Origin: a virus
Length of the DNA: 37,329 bases
Reading direction: 5' to 3' (one strand)
Virus record (IMG/VR): IMGVR_UViG_3300045988_163332
Location: 1-37,329 of that record
Shown here: positions 35,545 to 37,329 of the stretch, piece by piece
Layout: the number at the start of each line of letters is the position of its first letter
How positions within the stretch are numbered: position 1 is the stretch's first letter
The notes under the pieces: generated by a model
What the model saw: the letters and a program-made list of their open reading frames with translations, nothing else
Database searches by the model: none
What the model was told of the DNA's origin: nothing
Position numbers and translations under genes: made by a program

Positions 35545-35553
35545 GGGGGTAAA

Positions 35554-36312
35554 ATGAAAATAATATCATTTATAACAGAAAAAGGTGGCACTGGTAAGAC
35601 TACTGGTGCCAGAGAAGTTGCTGGGGTACTATCTCTAGTTCATAATAAAAAAGTTTTGCTTATTGATTGTGACTTTCAACAAAATCTAACTGAGAGTTTA
35701 ATAGAAGCAGACCAAGAAAAAAATATATTTAGAGCCATAAAAGAGAAAGATTTAAAAGGAAATATAATTCCTATTGAAAGAGATGGAAAACATATATTAG
35801 ATTTAATACCTGCAAGTCTTAATTTAAAGGACTTGGAATATAAAAAAGACAGTGTTGATATGGAAATGATTTACCTAGATTTAAAAAAAGGACTAGAGCA
35901 ACTCCAAGAATATGACTATATAATTATAGATTGTAGACCAGATATGAGAGCAATAGAAAGGGCTGTGTTAAAGTGCAGTAATTATGTTATCACTCCTGTT
36001 GAAGCTCATCTATTTAGTTTTAGAGGGTTTGAATTATTAGAGAACTTTATACAAGCTCTTAAAAAGGATTTAAACACTCCATTCATTCATTTTGGATATA
36101 TAAACAGGCTACAAAATGACAAAGAGATATTAGAAGCCACTGAAGATGTCAGAAGTTCTTTTGATAACATATTAGATACTCCTATAAGAGATAACCTTAA
36201 AATATTTAAAGCCTCACAGACAGGACATTTTATAATAGAATATAGTTCTACATCAAATGGGGCTAAGGATTTTAAAGCTCTTACAAAGGAGTTGTTGAAT
36301 AAATGGCAATAA
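35554..36312 (+). CDS. parA: ParA/Soj-type partition ATPase.
   Basis: Deviant Walker A KGGTGKTT near the N-terminus (MKIISFITEKGGTGKTTGA). 252 aa. Confidence 0.85.
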   Translation: MKIISFITEKGGTGKTTGAREVAGVLSLVHNKKVLLIDCDFQQNLTESLIEADQEKNIFRAIKEKDLKGNIIPIERDGKHILDLIPASLNLKDLEYKKDSVDMEMIYLDLKKGLEQLQEYDYIIIDCRPDMRAIERAVLKCSNYVITPVEAHLFSFRGFELLENFIQALKKDLNTPFIHFGYINRLQNDKEILEATEDVRSSFDNILDTPIRDNLKIFKASQTGHFIIEYSSTSNGAKDFKALTKELLNKWQ

Positions 36313-36968
36313 AAATAAATAGAAAACCTATAATTTTAAAAAAGAAAGAAAATACAGAAGTAATTATTCCAGAAAAAAATGACATAGAAGATATATTGAA
36401 ATACGATTATAACAAATTGGAAAATTTTTCAGATGATGATAAAAATCAATTAATTATATTTGAGAAAAGTATTATCACTAAAAAAGAAAATATCTCTTCT
36501 TTAGCACTACAAATAGGGCAAAATTTGGAAGAGGCAAGAAAACTATTTGATAGATACTCTGAAAATCCAAGTTCATATATGGAGTGGTACCAAGCTTTAG
36601 GATTTAATAAAGACCAAGTATCACTACTTAGAGGGAGATATAAGTTATCTTTAAGCTATCCACAATACAACAATTTAATTTCAGACTTTTCAGACAGAGA
36701 AGTAAAAGCTTTAGTGAATAAAAAGGTTAATGTAAGAATCCTTGAGAATATTTTATCTTCTGGAATAAGAACAGATAAAGAAATAAGAAAAGCTATTTCG
36801 AGCATGCTCGAAATAGAAGATGCCGAGATAGTAGAGGAATCTGAAAAAGATAAGCTGGTATCCAGACTATCGGAGGTAGAGGCGAAAATCAGAAAATTAG
36901 AGGAAGAGTTGAAAGAGTTGAAAACTGTTAAGGCTGAACTAAAAGAAAAGATAAAGGGGTTGAGCTAA
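36303..36968 (+). CDS. ParB-like or centromere-binding partner (221 aa) with a C-terminal coiled-coil.
   Basis: Overlaps the parA stop. Assigned by position only. Confidence 0.4.
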   Translation: MAIKINRKPIILKKKENTEVIIPEKNDIEDILKYDYNKLENFSDDDKNQLIIFEKSIITKKENISSLALQIGQNLEEARKLFDRYSENPSSYMEWYQALGFNKDQVSLLRGRYKLSLSYPQYNNLISDFSDREVKALVNKKVNVRILENILSSGIRTDKEIRKAISSMLEIEDAEIVEESEKDKLVSRLSEVEAKIRKLEEELKELKTVKAELKEKIKGLS

Positions 36969-37225
36969 TGAAATTAAAGGATTTATTAAAAGGAAATAGA
37001 GAAAATATTCAAAGTATAACTATAACAAATGGGTTGATAACATATTTTAAAAATGATGTAGAAGTTTTAGATATTATAGACATACAAGATGGATATAAAA
37101 TTATTGTTGGGGATATTACTTTAAAATTAGATGAGTTCCAAGCGAGTATAGAAAGTTATTATAGTACAGATAAAATATTTTATTTTGACTTAATTGATTT
37201 TAAGGTTGATTTAAAATTAAAATAG
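36968..37225 (+). CDS. Small hypothetical protein (85 aa), last gene before the terminal repeat.
   Basis: ATGA overlap with the upstream gene. Terminator immediately downstream. Confidence 0.4.
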   Translation: MKLKDLLKGNRENIQSITITNGLITYFKNDVEVLDIIDIQDGYKIIVGDITLKLDEFQASIESYYSTDKIFYFDLIDFKVDLKLK

Positions 37226-37250
37226 AGGAATTTTTCCTCTATTTTTTTTT
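37224..37250 (+). terminator. Rho-independent terminator abutting the start of the right terminal repeat.
   Basis: Stem agagg / cctct with loop aattttt, followed by T9. Confidence 0.6.
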
Positions 37251-37329
37251 AAAAAATCTCTTGACGTCCCAGTGGGATAGGGTTAATATTTTCTTAACTT
37301 GCAAGTGAAAAAATACTTGACGGTCTCAG
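37241..37329. repeat. Right copy of the 89-bp direct repeat. Contains a complete copy of the first left-end promoter.
   Basis: Identical to 1..89. It begins right after the hairpin terminator at 37224..37250. Confidence 0.9.

Noticed and set aside
1-37329. tRNA or tmRNA genes and an integrase-type attP site.
   Set aside because: No cloverleaf-compatible segment with a GTTC..A loop was seen in the noncoding regions (419..525, 6828..7244, 17955..18056, 28796..29221, 33884..34386). No tyrosine integrase is present. The element has replication and partition genes instead.

Overview
The window looks like a complete, very AT-rich temperate phage genome of about 37.2 kb. It also carries a plasmid-type maintenance module, so it is probably a phage-plasmid. 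I have not recognised the host from sequence; the weak pointers below favour a Fusobacterium-like or other Gram-negative-envelope low-GC host. An 89-bp direct repeat sits at both ends (1..89 and 37241..37329). This is either a true terminal repeat of a linear genome or the overlap of a circular contig; the unique length is 37240 bp.

Gene layout:
- About 30 kb (526..30832) is one long minus-strand block.
  - It starts with a LexA-like CI repressor gene (30182..30832) followed by a signal-peptide protein gene.
  - A Cro-like HTH gene (29222..29422) follows and heads the late genes: terminase small subunit, portal, scaffold and capsid.
  - Next comes an accessory island of about 4.8 kb (17955..22800) with many small genes, a MazG-like protein, a possible Tad2/DUF2829-like protein and a small serine recombinase.
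  - After the island come tail-tube-like proteins and a trio of internal virion proteins (178 aa, 694 aa and 1633 aa, the last with a thermolysin-type HExxH...GEAIED motif).
  - A terminase large subunit gene then sits apart from the small subunit gene.
  - The block ends with two collagen-like tail-fibre genes, a single-domain M15 peptidase endolysin and a TcdE-family holin.
- The plus strand carries an early operon (30997..33883): a J-domain protein, small proteins, a Gp157-like protein and a Rad52/Sak-like annealing protein. A plasmid module follows (34036..37225): an iteron origin, a Rep initiator, ParA and a ParB-like gene.
- One isolated plus-strand gene at the left end (134..418) encodes a strongly acidic 94-aa protein driven by two tandem near-consensus promoters that overlap the terminal repeat.

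Synteny (portal, scaffold, capsid, tube proteins, small/medium/giant internal proteins, fibre, lysis, terminal repeats, early acidic gene) resembles T7-like podoviruses, but this is inference. I found no tRNA, rRNA, CRISPR array, tyrosine integrase, reverse transcriptase or transposase. Most plus-strand ORFs in the track that overlap the minus-strand block are antisense artefacts.
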